From: Chrysemys picta bellii
Lineage: Eukaryota
Reading direction: 5' to 3'
DNA length: 64,000 nt
Assembly (NCBI RefSeq): GCF_011386835.1
Contig: NC_088792.1
Location: 174,406,001 to 174,470,000, forward strand
Shown: positions 63,394 through 64,000 of the stretch, piece after piece
Layout of the letters: the number at the start of each line of letters is the position of its first letter
Numbering within the stretch: position 1 is the stretch's first letter
Notes under the pieces: model-generated
The model's input: only the letters and a program-made list of their open reading frames with translations
Database searches by the model: none
Told to the model about the DNA's origin: nothing
Made by a program: the position numbers and the translations under genes

Positions 63394-64000
63394 GAAATTG
63401 AGGGATAGATAATAAAACAGAAAATATCATGCCACTATATAAATCCATGGTATGCCCACTACTTGAATACTGCAGCAGTTCTGGTCGCCCCATCTCAAAA
63501 AGATATACTAGAATTGGAAAAGGTACAGAGAAGGGCAGTGAAAAGGATTAGGGGTATGGAATAGCTTCCAAACAAGGAGAGCTTAAAAAGACTGGGGCCA
63601 TTCAGCTTAGAAAGAGACAACTATGATGGATGGCTACACAATCATGAATGATATGGAGAAAATGAATAAGGAAGTGTTATTTACCCCTTCACATAACACA
63701 AGAACTAGGGGTTCTCATTGCCGTGAGATGTTGTGAAGGCCAAAAGTATAACTGGGTTAAAAAGAGAATTAGATAACTTCATGGAGCCTAGATCCATCAA
63801 TTCTATTAGCCAAGATGGTCAGGGATACAACTCTGCTCCCGGTGTCCCTAAACCTCCAACTGCCAGAAACTGGGACTGAACGACAGGGGATAGGTCACTT
63901 GAAATTGCCCTGTTCTGTTTATTCCCTCTGAAGCATCTGGCATCAGCCACTGTCAGAGACAGGAGACTGGGCTAGATGGACCATTGGTCTGACCCAGTAT
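63394..64000 (+). mobile_element. CR1 3' fragment (runs off the window)
   Basis: ccactatataaatccatggtatgcccactacttgaatactg...ggaaaaggtacagagaagggca...ctagatggaccattggtctgacccagtat. Confidence 0.85.

Overview
Vertebrate genomic DNA, very probably a turtle. The inference rests on a tortoise polIII/SINE, a PsCR1-type LINE, DIRS elements with a LAP2alpha-type Gag, and Penelope and hAT/Harbinger MITE families typical of Testudines. The only host coding sequence I can support is one 161-bp exon of FARS2 (mitochondrial phenylalanyl-tRNA synthetase, + strand, 56224-56384). The rest of the window is most simply read as its flanking introns, densely filled with transposable elements. The most notable structures are: (1) two different DIRS (tyrosine-recombinase) retrotransposons joined head-to-tail, with a junction that reproduces the circle junction encoded by the first element's ICR, the first lacking gag and the second lacking the recombinase; (2) a near-full-length CR1 with an intact esterase ORF1 that carries a TSD-flanked, internally deleted RTE and a 79-bp Penelope hairpin; (3) several tiny TSD-flanked Penelope-terminus inserts with hammerhead-ribozyme remnants; (4) two Harbinger-type MITEs whose internal hairpins differ by compensatory base-pair changes; (5) an unidentified coding-like island at about 62.5-63.1 kb. 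Family names come from recognition of motifs and remembered consensus sequences, not from database searches. No CRISPR array, rRNA or genuine tRNA was seen.
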